Of a stretch of 64,000 bases of DNA, positions 40,077-53,597 are shown one piece after another. Positions within the stretch are counted from its first letter, which is position 1, and every line of letters starts with the position of its first letter. The DNA is from Octopus vulgaris (taxonomy: Eukaryota): assembly GCA_951406725.2 (NCBI GenBank), contig OX597819.1:60140001-60204000 (forward strand). The letters run 5' to 3'. A program made the position numbers and the translations under genes. The notes beneath the pieces are model-generated. The model made no database searches and had not been told where the DNA came from. It was given only the letters and a program-made list of their open reading frames with translations.

Positions 40077-40917
40077 CAGGGTGTGATTGATAAATTGTTG
40101 TGATTTTATATTTTTAATTTCACACATGCATACTACACAGTATACTAGGGTCAGTTGAGCATGGTCTGAGAGAAAAACAGCACCAGGATACAATTCTCTC
40201 TGCAAGAAATTTGGAAATGACTTGTACTGCTTGGCATTCACGCTGGATGTGCCAATGCGAACATTTCTCAGTGTTTGGGTGTCAATCTGAGGACAGTGAA
40301 ATCTGAAAACATGTACCGAGAGTGATAAAAATCAAACATCCAGTCAACATCATGGTGTTTAGCGTGATCACTAGTGATGGTGACATCATACCGCCATTCC
40401 TCTTCCCACATGGCCTCAGACTCAACATGGAGGTATACATCAAGTGCCCGGAGGAGCTTGTGCTGCCCTGGGTCAAAAGGGTGGCTGCTGGAAGACCCTA
40501 TGTCTGGCAACAGGACTCTGCATCATGCCACACAAGCAAGAGAATCCAGTCATGGCTGTCAAACAATTTCTGTGACCACATCACCCTTAACATCAGGCCA
40601 CCTAATTCCCCAGACTGCAATTTTCTTCATTATTATTTGTGGGGCACAGTTGTATGTGAGACCAACAAAACTCCTTGTAACACCAAAGATAACTGAAGGC
40701 AAGAATTATGGCAGAGACTGTTCAGAAGTGTTGCAAGAGATTCCAAAGTCATCTGGCAGCTATGGTTGAAGCCAATGGCAATTTTATTGAATAAATTTAC
40801 TCTTTAGTATTTCAGGATGTTTTAATGTAATTTTGTTAAATATATCTGTTAAAATGAGATGTCAGTGTTATTTTCATTTTTGTGGAATTTAGATGACAGT
40901 TTATTCCCAGCACCCTG
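40077..40917 (+). mobile_element. Tc1/mariner-superfamily (maT/DD37D-like) deletion derivative
   Basis: Imperfect TIRs CAGGGTG..ATAAA / TTTAT..CACCCTG followed by TA; transposase remnant KHPVNIMVFSVITSDG..YVWQQDSASCHTSK..PPNSPDCNFLHYYLWG. Confidence 0.82.
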
Positions 40918-40961
40918 TATATATATATACATAAATGATGATTATATATATATATATATAT

Positions 40962-41381
40962 ATACAAATAATAAGAGAGAGTCCACATGTGGTCACTCTA
41001 ATGCTAGATATAGATCCGCTAAGGGAATCCACCACTAAAGAATTGTTCTCAAGAATTAATTCAACACGCCAAGAATGTAAGCGAGCAGGACAAATGAAAA
41101 ATAACAAAAAAATAGATTAAATCTATACAATTGTTTCATCGTTAATAGATTGTGTAATTTTACTTACATAATCATTTTCAAATCGTCGTTAATAGATTAA
41201 ACGATGAAACAATTGTATAGAGTTAATCTATTTTTTTGTTATTTTTCATTTGTCCTGCTCGCTTACATTCTTGGCGTGTTGAATTAATTCTTGAGAACAA
41301 TTCTTTAGTGGTGGATTCCCTTTGCGGATCTATATCTAGCGTTAGAGTGACCACATGTGGACTCTTTCTTATTATTTGTAT
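40962..41381. repeat. Long inverted repeat (arms 40962-41143 and 41200-41381, ~182 bp)
   Basis: Arms are reverse complements with about four mismatches; the computed ORFs 40901-41107(-) and 41236-41442(+) are near-identical. Confidence 0.92.
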
Positions 41382-41482
41382 TAATAATTTTTACTGTATC
41401 TCAATCTTTTTATACGCTAGGCCATTTGGCATTTTAAATTGATGTTATTAATTAATATTCAATTTTTTCACCCTTATTGTGA

Positions 41483-41521
<39 letters not shown>

Positions 41522-41889
41522 CATCCTTTAACGTCCATTGTCCATGTTGGTATGGGTTGCACGGTTTGACCGGGCTGGCATGCTGGAAGGCTGCACCAAA
41601 TTCCAGTCTGATTTGGTATGGTTTTCTATAGCTGGGTGTCCTTCCTAATGCCAACCACTCTGAGAGTGTAATGGGTGCTTTTATGTGCCACTGGCACAGG
41701 TGCCATTTGCGTGACACCAGTATCTTCCATGACTGTAATTTTGCTCAGCTTGATGGGTCTTCTTTTCAAGCATGACATAATGCCAATGCAATGGACTTTG
41801 AGTTTCCATCTACTAAATCTATTCACAGGGCTTTGGTCAGTCTGAGGTTTTAGCAGAAGAAACTTGCCCAAGGTGTCATATATATCTGT

Positions 41890-42376
41890 GGCCTATGCCA
41901 GAGATGGGCAATATACTATGTTTGAGAAGACCTGTTGAGCCAAGTGAAATCGTTGTCATGGCCGATGCCAGTACCGCCTGACTGGCTCCCGTGCTAGTGG
42001 CACGTAAAAAGCACCATACAAGTGTGGTCGATGCCAGTAATACCTGACTGGCTCCTGTGCCGGTGGCATGTAAAAAGCACCATCTGAGCATGATAGTTGC
42101 CAGTGCCGCCCGGCTGGCTCCAGTGCTGGTGGCACATAAAAAGCCATTTGAGTATGGTCGATGCCAGTGTTGCTTGACTGGCTCCCATGCCAGTGGCACA
42201 TAAAAAGCACCCACTACCCTTTCAGAGTGGTTGGCATTAAGAAGGGCATGCAGTTGTAGAAACCTTGCCAGATCTGATTGGAGCCTGGTGCAGCCCCTGG
42301 TTTACCAGGTTTCAGTCAAACCGTCCAACCCCTGACTGCATGGAAAGCAGACGTTAAATGATGATGATGGTGATGG

Positions 42377-42420
<44 letters not shown>

Positions 42421-42472
42421 TTGATGATGATGATGATGATGATGAAGATGATGTTGATGATGATAATGATGA
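41890..42472 (+). mobile_element. RTE 3' UTR copy with diverged repeat units and expanded (ATG)n tail
   Basis: Repeated gtggca(c/t)gtaaaaagcacc units, ccgtccaaccc..catggaaagcagacgttaaa, then ATG repeats. Confidence 0.78.
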
Positions 42473-43203
42473 ATAGGCTTCTTTTCAGTTTCTGTCTACC
42501 AAATCTACTTGCAAGCCTTGGTCAACCCAGGGCTATAGCAGAAGACACTCGCCCAATGTGCCATCCTGTGGAATTGAACTCAAAACCATATGGCTGGGAA
42601 GTAAGTTTCTTAACCACACAACCACACAGCCATGCCTGTGCCTATATAGGTAAGAAATGCTGTATTCAATAAATATATAAAAAAAAACATACATTACACA
42701 AATGCTTAATCTCATCTTCCCTTTTCCTTTTAATTTTGTTCTTTTTTTCTACGCATTGTCCTGATCCAATACTTATATGTACATGTTGAAACTATGTTCA
42801 CACAAAGCTGGGAAGGTAAACCAACTAGACCATGTTTTCTTTATTTGCAGTCACTGTAACAAATTTATTATACTGAATATAGAACAGTAGCGTCAAATTA
42901 TTCAAGTTGTTTACCACCTACTCAACAAACTTAACTAAGACTAATGTGACTTAGACAAAATTCTCCATTAATACCTGTTGATGAATTTAATGTAAGTTTT
43001 TGCTTTCTTCTGTTTTCTTACCTATAAATTTTGTCAGTATTCAATTTTATTTAGTAGAAATAACGTAGAACATATTACGAATAACATAACGCTAGGCATT
43101 CCTTAGAAGTTAACATGAGATGCTACAGGTTTAAAACATGTCATTTTCTCAGTGACAGAGAAAACTATTTGCTTCTCAGGTAGAGTACACAAGGCGATGA
43201 ATG

Positions 43204-43459
43204 CTGAGTTGGGTTATTTATTACAGGGTGGCCCAAAAGTAGGTTTACAGTTATCATGTAGGCACTTTAAATTTCTTTTAAAACATTTTATTACATTTAA
43301 ATTTCTAACTTACAAATTGAAAAGGGAGCCTGACAAAATTAACTAAATTAGCATAGAATAATGGTTTCATATTTTTTTTCTAATTAAGATCTAAACTGTT
43401 AATATATGAATGCAACAGAGATAGTTGAATAACTGGAAGCCTACTTTTAGGTCACCCTG
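43204..43459 (-). mobile_element. MITE: shorter, inverted copy of the 32454-32967 element
   Basis: Same TIR and subterminal sequences, TA flanks, 256 bp. Confidence 0.82.
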
Positions 43460-43912
43460 TATGTTTCTTTGTATGTAGTGCATCTCTCTGTCTCTGTCTG
43501 TCTCTTTTCATATACATACACACACACAAACATGCATGCATACATACATACATACATGCATACATACATACATACATACAGATATATTGGCATGGTTGTG
43601 CCTCTTCAGTACCCTTAATTGTAATGACATATATATATATATATATATATATGGTTTAACTGTTACATGATTCAAAATATCCTCACATACCACTATAATA
43701 CATACATTCCTTATATATGTATGCATGTATTTATATATTTATATATATAAATATATTCATATATATATATATAAATGTGTGTACGTATGTGTATATGTAT
43801 ACATGTACATGTGTGTGTTTTTGTCAATATACACATAATATATATGTATATATATATATCATCATCATCATCATCATCATCGTTTAACGTCCGTTTTCCG
43901 CGCTAGCATGGG

Positions 43913-43955
<43 letters not shown>

Positions 43956-44346
43956 TATGTATGATTTATATGTGTGTGTGTATGTATGCACACACACACA
44001 CATATATATACATATATACATACATATATATATATATACATATATATATAAATTATGAGTTAGAGGTTAAGCAACCATCTAAGGGATAAATATATCCATA
44101 GGCATTATTTGTGTATTACCTACCTATGCATAGTCCTTGCTATAAGGTTAACAGTAGTTGGTAATTTAAATGGTAAACTGTAATTTAATATATTCAGATA
44201 AGAGAAGAAATGGAGCAACAATTAACAATTAGAAGTTGATCATTGGCATTAAATGGTCATAGTTTAGTTATATATATATATACATATTTGCCTTTTCTTC
44301 TTAACATGAAACCAATGGTAGCCTTAATTCACAAATAAAGAATATA

Positions 44347-44989
44347 TATCTAGGCATCACTGTCAGCAGTGATTTGCGTTTTACAAAGCATATCTCTAAA
44401 ATTGTCAAGAAGGCCGAGGGTGTCTTGGCATCACTCAGCAAGACTTTTGTTAGCCGCTCTCCAGCCATCTATTTAAAGCTGTATACAGCTATGGTACAAC
44501 CACACTTGGAATTCGCATCATCAGTTTGGAACCCCTATCTTGCTCAGAACATTGATCTCCTGGAATCTGTTCAGAGACGTGCAAGCAAACGCATACCCTC
44601 CATCAGACACCTACCATACTCTGAGCGCCTTGTTTCCCTGGGCATGGATTCACTGAAGCTCCGGCGTCTGGCGATGGACTTGGTAAACACCCACAAAGTT
44701 ATCAACCACCTCACCAACAACAACACTGAACACCTTTTTGATCTCCATGTGTCCAACACACATGGACATGCCTACAAAGTCAGAAAACAACACAGCTCCC
44801 ATGACTTTCGGAAACATTTTTTCATGCTCAGAGTTGCTGAAGCATGGAACAAACTGCCTGCATCAGTTGTTGACTGCCATGACACTGCATCCTTTAAGGC
44901 CCTCATGCTTTCTGAAATCCGCCGAAACAATACCTGATTATACATACAATTTAGATGAGTTGTAGTGCACCTGAGCACTGTACACAATG

Positions 44990-45033
<44 letters not shown>
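44347..45033 (+). mobile_element. CR1-type LINE 3' fragment with (TTA)n tail
   Basis: YLGITVSSDLRFTKHI..LYTAMVQPHLEFASSVWNPY..LESVQRRASK..YSERL..L..RR..FF..RV..WNKLP; short UTR then ATT repeats. A related UTR lies on the minus strand at about 16650-16790. Confidence 0.88.
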
Positions 45034-45034
<1 letters not shown>

Positions 45035-45352
45035 GTATACAGTGGTGGACTGGGTTTTAAATATTGGTTGCTAGGAGACTAAGTTGCCCACCAGCAACTA
45101 CAAGGGACCCACCTACAAATACAATGCTATCATTTAATTTTTTTTTGTTAAATGTATTCTTTTCAACTGTCTACAAACACATCCAGGCTGAAATAATGCA
45201 TTCTTCCAGGAGTGAATGAAAAAATCTCAAACTTGAGGGGATAGGCCCCTTAGATACTAATATGGGCCCCCATATATGGATTCTAATGGTGCAGGGGCAC
45301 ACTTGCCATCAGGTAAGCTGGCAACATGGTCAGTCTACCATTTATTATACAT

Positions 45353-45405
<53 letters not shown>

Positions 45406-45499
45406 TCTATATATGTATGTCCACATGATAACAGTTATTTAGTGTTCCGAGCATTGTAGGAAAAACATTAAAAATTTCACCACCGTGCATAAGGAGACC

Positions 45500-45861
45500 T
45501 ATTGTGTCAAGTGCATCAACATCAAAATCAAAATCAAATGGAAATTGCAGTTGTGATCCCCGTGCTGGTGGCACGTAAAAAGCACCATCCAAATGTGGCA
45601 GATGCCAGTGCTGCTTTGACTCGTTTCTGTGCCGGTGGCATGTAAAAAGCACCAACTGATCGTGGTCATTGCCAGCCTCCTCTGGCCTATGCCGGTGGCA
45701 CGTAAAAGCACCCACTACACTCTTGGAGTGGTTAATATTAGGAAGGGCATCCAGCTGTAGAAACACTGTCCGATCAGATTGGAGCCTGGTGCAGCCTCCT
45801 GGCTTCCCAGACCCCAGTTGAACCGTCCAACCCATGCTAGCATGGAAAATGGACGTTAAAC

Positions 45862-45898
<37 letters not shown>
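45500..45898 (+). mobile_element. RTE 3' UTR copy
   Basis: Same terminal block (ggaagggcatccagctgtagaaac...ggacgttaaacgatgatg). Shorter copies at about 9965-10240 (+), 32972-33215 (-) and 41519-41790 (-). Confidence 0.78.
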
Positions 45899-48517
45899 TA
45901 ATATAAACGAATCCTCCATTGATTTCACCAGAGAATATTCCCATCTATTTCTATGTATGTGGCTGTGTATACCACAGACCTTTCTCCTTTTACTCTTTTA
46001 CTTGTTTCAGTCATTCGGATGGTGGGGTGACAAACATGGACACACAGACTCACACACACACATATATATATATGATGGGCTTCTTTCAGTTTCCATCTAC
46101 CAAATCCACTCACAAGGCTTTGGTCGGCCTGAGGCAATAGTAGAAGACACTTGCCCAAGGTGTCACACAGGACTGAATCCGGAACCATGTGGTTGGTTAG
46201 CAAGCTACTTACCACACAGCTACTCCTATGCCTTTATTGTAAACAAATTATATAATATTATATTAAATATCAGATGATTCATAGAATATACAAATTAGTA
46301 AAATATAAAATATTTGTTTATGCATAAAAATAGGGGTGGGGCGCTGAGGGTATTATGTGCCCATGAGGGTGGTGGTGGCCTAAAATGTTTGAGGACCTCT
46401 GGGCTAAAGTATGGTAGAGGGTGTAAAGGTGATACATGGTTACCCCAGTTGGAAAAGGAAGAAGAATGTGGTGAAGATGTCTCTGGATATACCCTTAAGT
46501 AACAGGAAAGCGAATACAAGAGAATTGGTATGGTTGGGTGGGTTAAGTAAGTTCGTGGGGGTGCGAGAGGTGGGTGTCTGATGGATAGAGACAGGGATGG
46601 AAGGAGATGCAGTGAGTGGTGAACATGATAGGGGTGGGTCAATCTAGTTTGCTCTTGAAATATTGATTAAAGGTAAAAAAATGAAATACCAATATTGCAG
46701 TGCTTGCGAGTTGTTTAGATCTGTTTTATTTCGCATCTGTTACTTCCTGATAGGAGTAATGCTTGTTATTACATGTTTTGTAGTAGTAGTAGTAGTAGTA
46801 GTAGTCTTGCATTCAATTTATTAATATCAGTAAATCAATATTTTTAGAATTCAATTTTTAAAGAATAGGAAAATTATTTCAGTACTTGGGAACTTGTTAT
46901 CCAAATTATTGTCTTCCTCATTGTCCTCCTCCTCCTCCTCATCATCATCATCACCACCACCACCACCACCACAGCAGCAGCAACAGTCCCATAATTTGTG
47001 TAACCCATCTTCTCATCTAAATTAAATTTTGTTGATGACGGAAAATGAGGAGGAAGTGGATGTTGTGGAGGTGGAGGAGGTGGGAGTGATGTAATTATGG
47101 CCTTTGTAGGTTCTTCCAAATTTGTGTAGATTGACATTAAATTGGTTCATGGTCTGCTTTTGCAAAACAATTGCTTCAGACTCAGTTTTTAATATATAAA
47201 CATTGACCTTTATATAAACATTGACCTTTGACCCCTAGGTCAAAATCTGTTGTTAAAAAAAAGGTGAGGGATGGAATCAATGGATCTGCTGAGCATTTCA
47301 TAGACTTTGTTTTATTGGTGCCTCTACTACTAACCATTTTACTGTAAAGTTTTGCTTAAGCATGGCTGTGTGTTAAAAAGTGTGCTTCTCAACCATGTGG
47401 TTCTGGGTTCAGTCCCACTGTGTTACACCTAGGGCAAGTGTCTTTGAATATAGCCTTGAGTGGATTTGGTTGACAGAAACAGTCAACCCTCTATGTTTAG
47501 CCCCTTGTGGGCAATAAAGAAATAAGAAACTGAAAGAAGCCCATCGAATGTGTGTGTGTATGTGTGTGATGTTTGTAGCTGTCCCATCACCACTTGACAA
47601 CCTGTGTTGGTTTTTAATATCCCTGAAACTTAGCAGTTTGGTGAAAAGGACCAATGTAATAAGTACCAGACTTTAAAAAAAAAGGAAAAAAAAATTTTTA
47701 AGTACTGGGGTTGACTGGTTTGACTAAAACCCTTCAAAGTGGTGCCCCATCATGGCCAGAGTCCAGTGACTGAAACAAGGAAAAGACAAACGATAAAAGA
47801 TCTGTCAATCCTCCAATCTATCATGAAATTTGTTGTAGGGTCCACTGTGAATCCCTTGTGCATCTGTTGCTTGCACACTCTCTACTTTTACCTGTAACCC
47901 CCATCTTTAACCATTTGTTACTCCCTTCTCACACTCTTATGAAATTATCCACTCCCTCCTCCCTTGTCATGGCTCACTGTCTGAATCCTCTCTTACACTC
48001 ACATTCTTGTACCTTGGGAGTTTGCCCTAGCATGCCATCACTACCTTCTTTAACCCATTAGCACTTATGGTCCTTTTTTAAGACCAGAAGGATAATCCAT
48101 CTTATTTCTGCAACACGTGTATTCTTCTGAGATATCTTTAGTTAGCCATCAAGACTGGGGTGTCTTTCAAATATTACACCTACTGTCTTGATGTATATTG
48201 GCAACACAATTGTCTCAGTTCTCAGTACAGTGTGAAAATCTTGAGGGAAAACTCTCAGTTTCATCTATTATTCAATCAAACATTTTTTGGTAAGTGGTAT
48301 TTATATCCAATCCATATTTGTATATAGTATAAATAATTGTTCTAACTGTCCTATAAAGTCAAGAAATTCTTTGAAAGTAATTTTGCTCAAACATAGCATA
48401 CTCTAAAAAAAAAGATTTTTGGTAATAAATTAAAGAAAATAATTGAAATATTCACTTGATATTCTACAAGTTTTCAAGAACAGTTTAGCAGCGACATCTA
48501 GCAAGATCAAGCTACTC

Positions 48518-48556
48518 CAGACTGATGAAGAGTAATTACCCTGAAACTAGTCTCTG
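48518..48556 (+). ncRNA. Minimal type I hammerhead ribozyme
   Basis: CAGA-CTGATGA-AGAGTAATTACCCT-GAAA-CTA-GTC-TCTG: intact core, stem I CAGA/TCTG, stem II with one mismatch, palindromic stem III ACTAGT, GUC cleavage triplet. Confidence 0.78.
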
Positions 48557-48889
48557 ATTGCTGACTTTGTTGGATGGAGGTGCTTATCTCACCTGTTTGA
48601 AAACTTAAGGACACACAACACTTGTGTCACATAGCCAACTAGAAAACGGTTGCTGTTTACAAGATCTTGTTACACCATTTAACCCATGCTGGCATGGAAA
48701 ACAGATGTTAAATGATGATGATTATGATAATGATGATGGTGATAAATATGCAGTATTAACTCATTCTAATTATTTAATGAGTAAAGCTATTTACTTCCTA
48801 GACAAGTGCTTATCCAATAAACTTTGAATTTGATGCAAGAATGCATGTAATGGGAAGCTTTGAATCAACAAAGATTTCTTCCTAGTATG

Positions 48890-49340
48890 TACACATGCAC
48901 ACATACACATGCATGCATACACTCACACATGCACAGACACACACATATATGCACACACACACACATGTACACAGGCACACACACACACACACACAATGAC
49001 AGAGACAGACAGACACACAAACAAACACACACATGCACACCGACCAACAGAGAGACAGACACACAGACACACACACACTGACAGACAAACACACACACAT
49101 GCACACTGACAGACAAACACACACACACAGACACACACACACATGCACACCGACAGACAGATACACAGACAGACACACAAACACACACACACGCATGCAC
49201 CCGAAAGACAGACAGACAGCAGGCACACAGACAGATAGACAGACACACACATACACTGACAGACAAACAGACACACACACACTGACAGACAGACAGACAG
49301 ACACCAACACACACACACAAACACATGCATACAGGCACAG
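48890..49340. repeat. (CA)n/(GACA)n compound microsatellite
   Basis: Read directly. Confidence 0.9.
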
Positions 49341-49599
49341 CATGTCCATCTGTCTTTTGAAACCAGATACTCCATCTTTCCTGGTAAGATGTATGGTTTA
49401 GTAATTAAATTGTTGTGCTCAGGTGTGTTAGTTCATGAGTTCAATTCCCAGAATGTTGTTGTTTTGAGCAAAACACATGATCTCACATTATTCCAGTCCA
49501 TTCAACTGAAAACAAGCATCAGTTGCTCTGTCTTGGAGTTAAACCTATAACAAACTAGTTGTCCATTCAGAAGGTATCCTTGTATTCTCAGTTGACTAA

Positions 49600-50390
49600 A
49601 TCATCATCATCATCATCATCATCGTTTAACGTCTAGCATGTGTTGGACAATTTGACTGAGGACTGGTGAACCAGATGGCTGCACCAGGCTCCAATCTGAT
49701 CTGGCAGAGTTTCTACAGCTAGATGCCCTTCCTAATGCCAACCACTCCAAGAGTGTAGTGGGTGCTTTTATGTACCACTGGCACGAGCGCCAGTCAGGCA
49801 GTACTGGCAATGGCCATGCTCAAATGGTGTTTTTTATGTGCCACTTGCACAGGAGCCAGTCCAGCGGCACAGGCAACAACCTCGCTCGAATGTTTTTTCA
49901 CGTGCCACCGGCACAAGTGCCAGTAAGGCAACGCTGGTAACACTCACACTCAAATGGTGCTTTTTACATATCACCTGCAAGGAAGCCAGTCAGCTGCTCT
50001 GGCAGCGATCATGCTCAGATGGTGCTCTTAGAAATCCACTAGCACAGATGCCAGTCATCGAATTTGATTTCGATTTCACTTGCCTCAACAGGTCTTCGCA
50101 AGCAGAGTTTAGTGTCAAATGAAGGAAAGGTATGCATAAGTGGGCTGGTCACATCCCTGGCATAGGCCACAAGGTTATGGTCTCACTTGGCTTGCCCAGT
50201 CTTCTCAAGCACAGCATATTTCCAAAGGTCTCGGTCACTAGTCATTGCCTTGGTGAGGCCTAATGTCCAAAGATCATGCTTCACCACCTCATCCTAGGTC
50301 TTCCTGGGCTACCTGTTCCACAGGTTCCCTCAACCGCTAGGATGTGGCACTTTTTCATATAGCTATCATCATCCATTCTCACCACATGAC
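49600..50390 (-). mobile_element. Older RTE 3' end (C-terminal ORF remnant + repeat-bearing UTR)
   Basis: Homologous to 61755-62645 (ttctacagct.gatgcccttcctaa.gccaaccactcc; ttcaccacctc.tcc.aggt). Confidence 0.8.
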
Positions 50391-50868
50391 CACAATACCT
50401 CAGAAATTTCAACTAGCTCTATCTTCATGATCTGTAAACTTAAGGTTGAATTAAATTTACGCTACAGTCTTGTGAGTGAGAACTTATGACTAAAAGGGTT
50501 GGTGGTAGAAAGTACTCTCAGAGACACATAGTCCAGTGCAGATCAGGTTTTGAAGATTAAAAGTCTGCAATCATTAAGTTTGATACAAGTCAGTCCACAC
50601 ACTTGGAGACATAGATACAATAATATAAACACTTACAGGAGGTGGCGAGCTGGCAGAAACGTTAGCATGCCAGGTGAAATGCTTAGCAGTATTTCGCCTG
50701 TCTTTATGTTCTGAGTTCAAATTCTACCGAGGTCGACTTTGCCTTTCATCCTTTTAGGGTTAATAAATTAAGTACCAGTTGCATACTGGAGTCGACTGGC
50801 CTCCTATCTCAAAATTTCAGGCCTTGTGCCTAGAGTAGAAAAAAATATAAGCACTTACAGTAAAGCCT

Positions 50869-51392
<524 letters not shown>

Positions 51393-52789
51393 AGAAAAAT
51401 AAAATAAATATACTTCCCTACATGTGTCATGTTGGTATGAGTGTGTGTGTGTGTGGATAACAGAGTATTTATGAATAGGCTGAGAGGAAAGCTGAGTATA
51501 AGTGGAATCAGATGTTGTGGAATTGGACAGGATGTGTATGGAGGATGACAGCTGCATATGGAAGTGCCAAGTGCTGAAAGAGAATGGTTCCAGTGAATGA
51601 GGAAGGTTGAGCTGGTGAGGAACGATGTCTAGTTGTTGCATTTCACTGAGGAGATGACAAATGACTGTGATAACTGGTGATATGCAGTGCTGGAGAAGAC
51701 CTGATCACCCTTGCAAACATGGCAAAATGTACATTAAAATAACAGGATATTAATGGTACTTTGCTAATTTGAATCTTCAAAGTTACTATCAACAGCAGTA
51801 ATTTGGCAGAATCGTTAGCATATCAGACAAAATGCTTGGCAGAATTTCTTCTGGCTTTTTATATCTAAAGATCACAGAGGTTAATTTTACCTTTCATACC
51901 TTTAGGGGTCAATAAGATAAAAGTCAAGTAATGGGGCTCGATGTAATCAGTTTTGTCCATTCTCTTCAAAATTGCTGACCTTGATCCCTGTGACAAACTG
52001 GTGGTCAGTTCAAGAGAATGCTGTGATCTTGGTTGCTCATACACCATAGAAACCAAGTATCCAGAATTATGAGCCCTAGGGCTCAATAAAAATTTTTAAA
52101 TGTTACTAACTAATGCCCCACTTGTCTGTTCAATACCTTTCATCTTTCTATCATTTCTTCTCTTATTCACTCTGCCTTGCCACCAAAGAAACTAGTGGAA
52201 AACTTTAGATCTGCCCATATTTAAACCTTCCTCTTTAACTTTACGACTAATATCTCACTACTATTCCCTTCTCTGTCCTTGAATCCTTTGGCATCAGATG
52301 CACCCCGCTCCTATGCTACCCATCATTACCTTTTCTCCCTCAGGTTGCACTCTTTCCATCACCATCGTGACCATCCATCACCCATGCTTTTCTAGACCAG
52401 TTAATATCACCGGCCCTTCTTTATAGTTAACTGCTACTCTTTCTCCTTCAGGTCACTCATTCCTGACATCCATCACACTCTCTTATCACTGATTAATTAT
52501 CAATTGCTTTCTTATTTTACTTGCAAGCATATGGCTGTCATTAGCATCTCTCTCATTATTCAATACCATTTGTGATAATGATATGGCTCATAGAAATATG
52601 GACCTTAAAAATTTAATGATAATCATGATAATGATAAAGGTAGTGGCTGTGATAGGTTAGAGGGAAATTTAAGATGTTATGTACAAATATTACATACAAA
52701 TACTAAACTAAAAAAACTTTGACCATCACCTTTTATTTTTTTTATATTTTCAGTAAATCACTTTGACCCACAGAACTACTGGAGAAATA

Positions 52790-53597
52790 ATGGTGTACAT
52801 AAGGAATGTTGTCGAACCTGTTTTATTTTTATACATGTTCTCTGATTGCTTGAACATCATCACACTACAGTCATTGGTCTATGAGAGAACATGTTTGAAA
52901 ACCCTTGACTCAAATCGCTGTCCTTTGTTGAATAATGGATCATTCCAACATGAGGAAATTGCCATTCAAGTACAGACCTCTAAATGGGTTCTGCACTTTA
53001 ATATGGCCCTTTTGATTCCTTCCATTATTGCAGCACTATTCCTTGGTCCTTTTGGAGATGCATTTAGTCGTAAAATTGTTCTTATATTGCCTATTGTTGG
53101 CAATATCACAGCCATTTTTGTTTTTCTGATTATTTCTGCATTTGATAGCATCCCTGTAATATATTTATTGATTGGTGTTGTTCTAAATGGTTGTTGTGGT
53201 GGCCATATCGTCATGATGATGGCACTTTATAGCTACATCGTTCACATAACAGATGTTAAATACCGTACAATTCGGCTTGGAATCTTAGAATCCATGGTTT
53301 TCTTATCAACAACCATTGGTATGTTGGTAGCTGGCATGATGTTAAAATCTCTTGGTCATACAGCAATGTATGGTATAATCAGTATTTTTAACATTCTCAA
53401 TTTATTTTACACTGTATTTGTGGTTGAAGAATTGATTGAGACAGACAAGTCTACAGGAAAGATTTTGAGAAGCATTTTCCTCATTGAGAACATCAAAAGT
53501 TTATACACATTTATGACTCAGAAAAGAAAATCCAACACACGGACTGTTCTCCTATTTGGAATTTTGATTTTATCTGTTCTGATATTGATGACAAAAG
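52790..53597 (+). CDS. SLC46-family (PCFT/SLC46A1/SLC46A3-like) MFS transporter, first coding exon
   Basis: Acceptor tttatattttcag at 52753; ATG at 52790; multi-TM ORF with SLC46-like motifs (VEPVLFLY, LVYERTC, LGPFGDAFSRKIVLILP, YSYIVHITDVKYRTIRLGILES); phase-1 donor AAAG|gtaagt at 53597. Confidence 0.9.
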
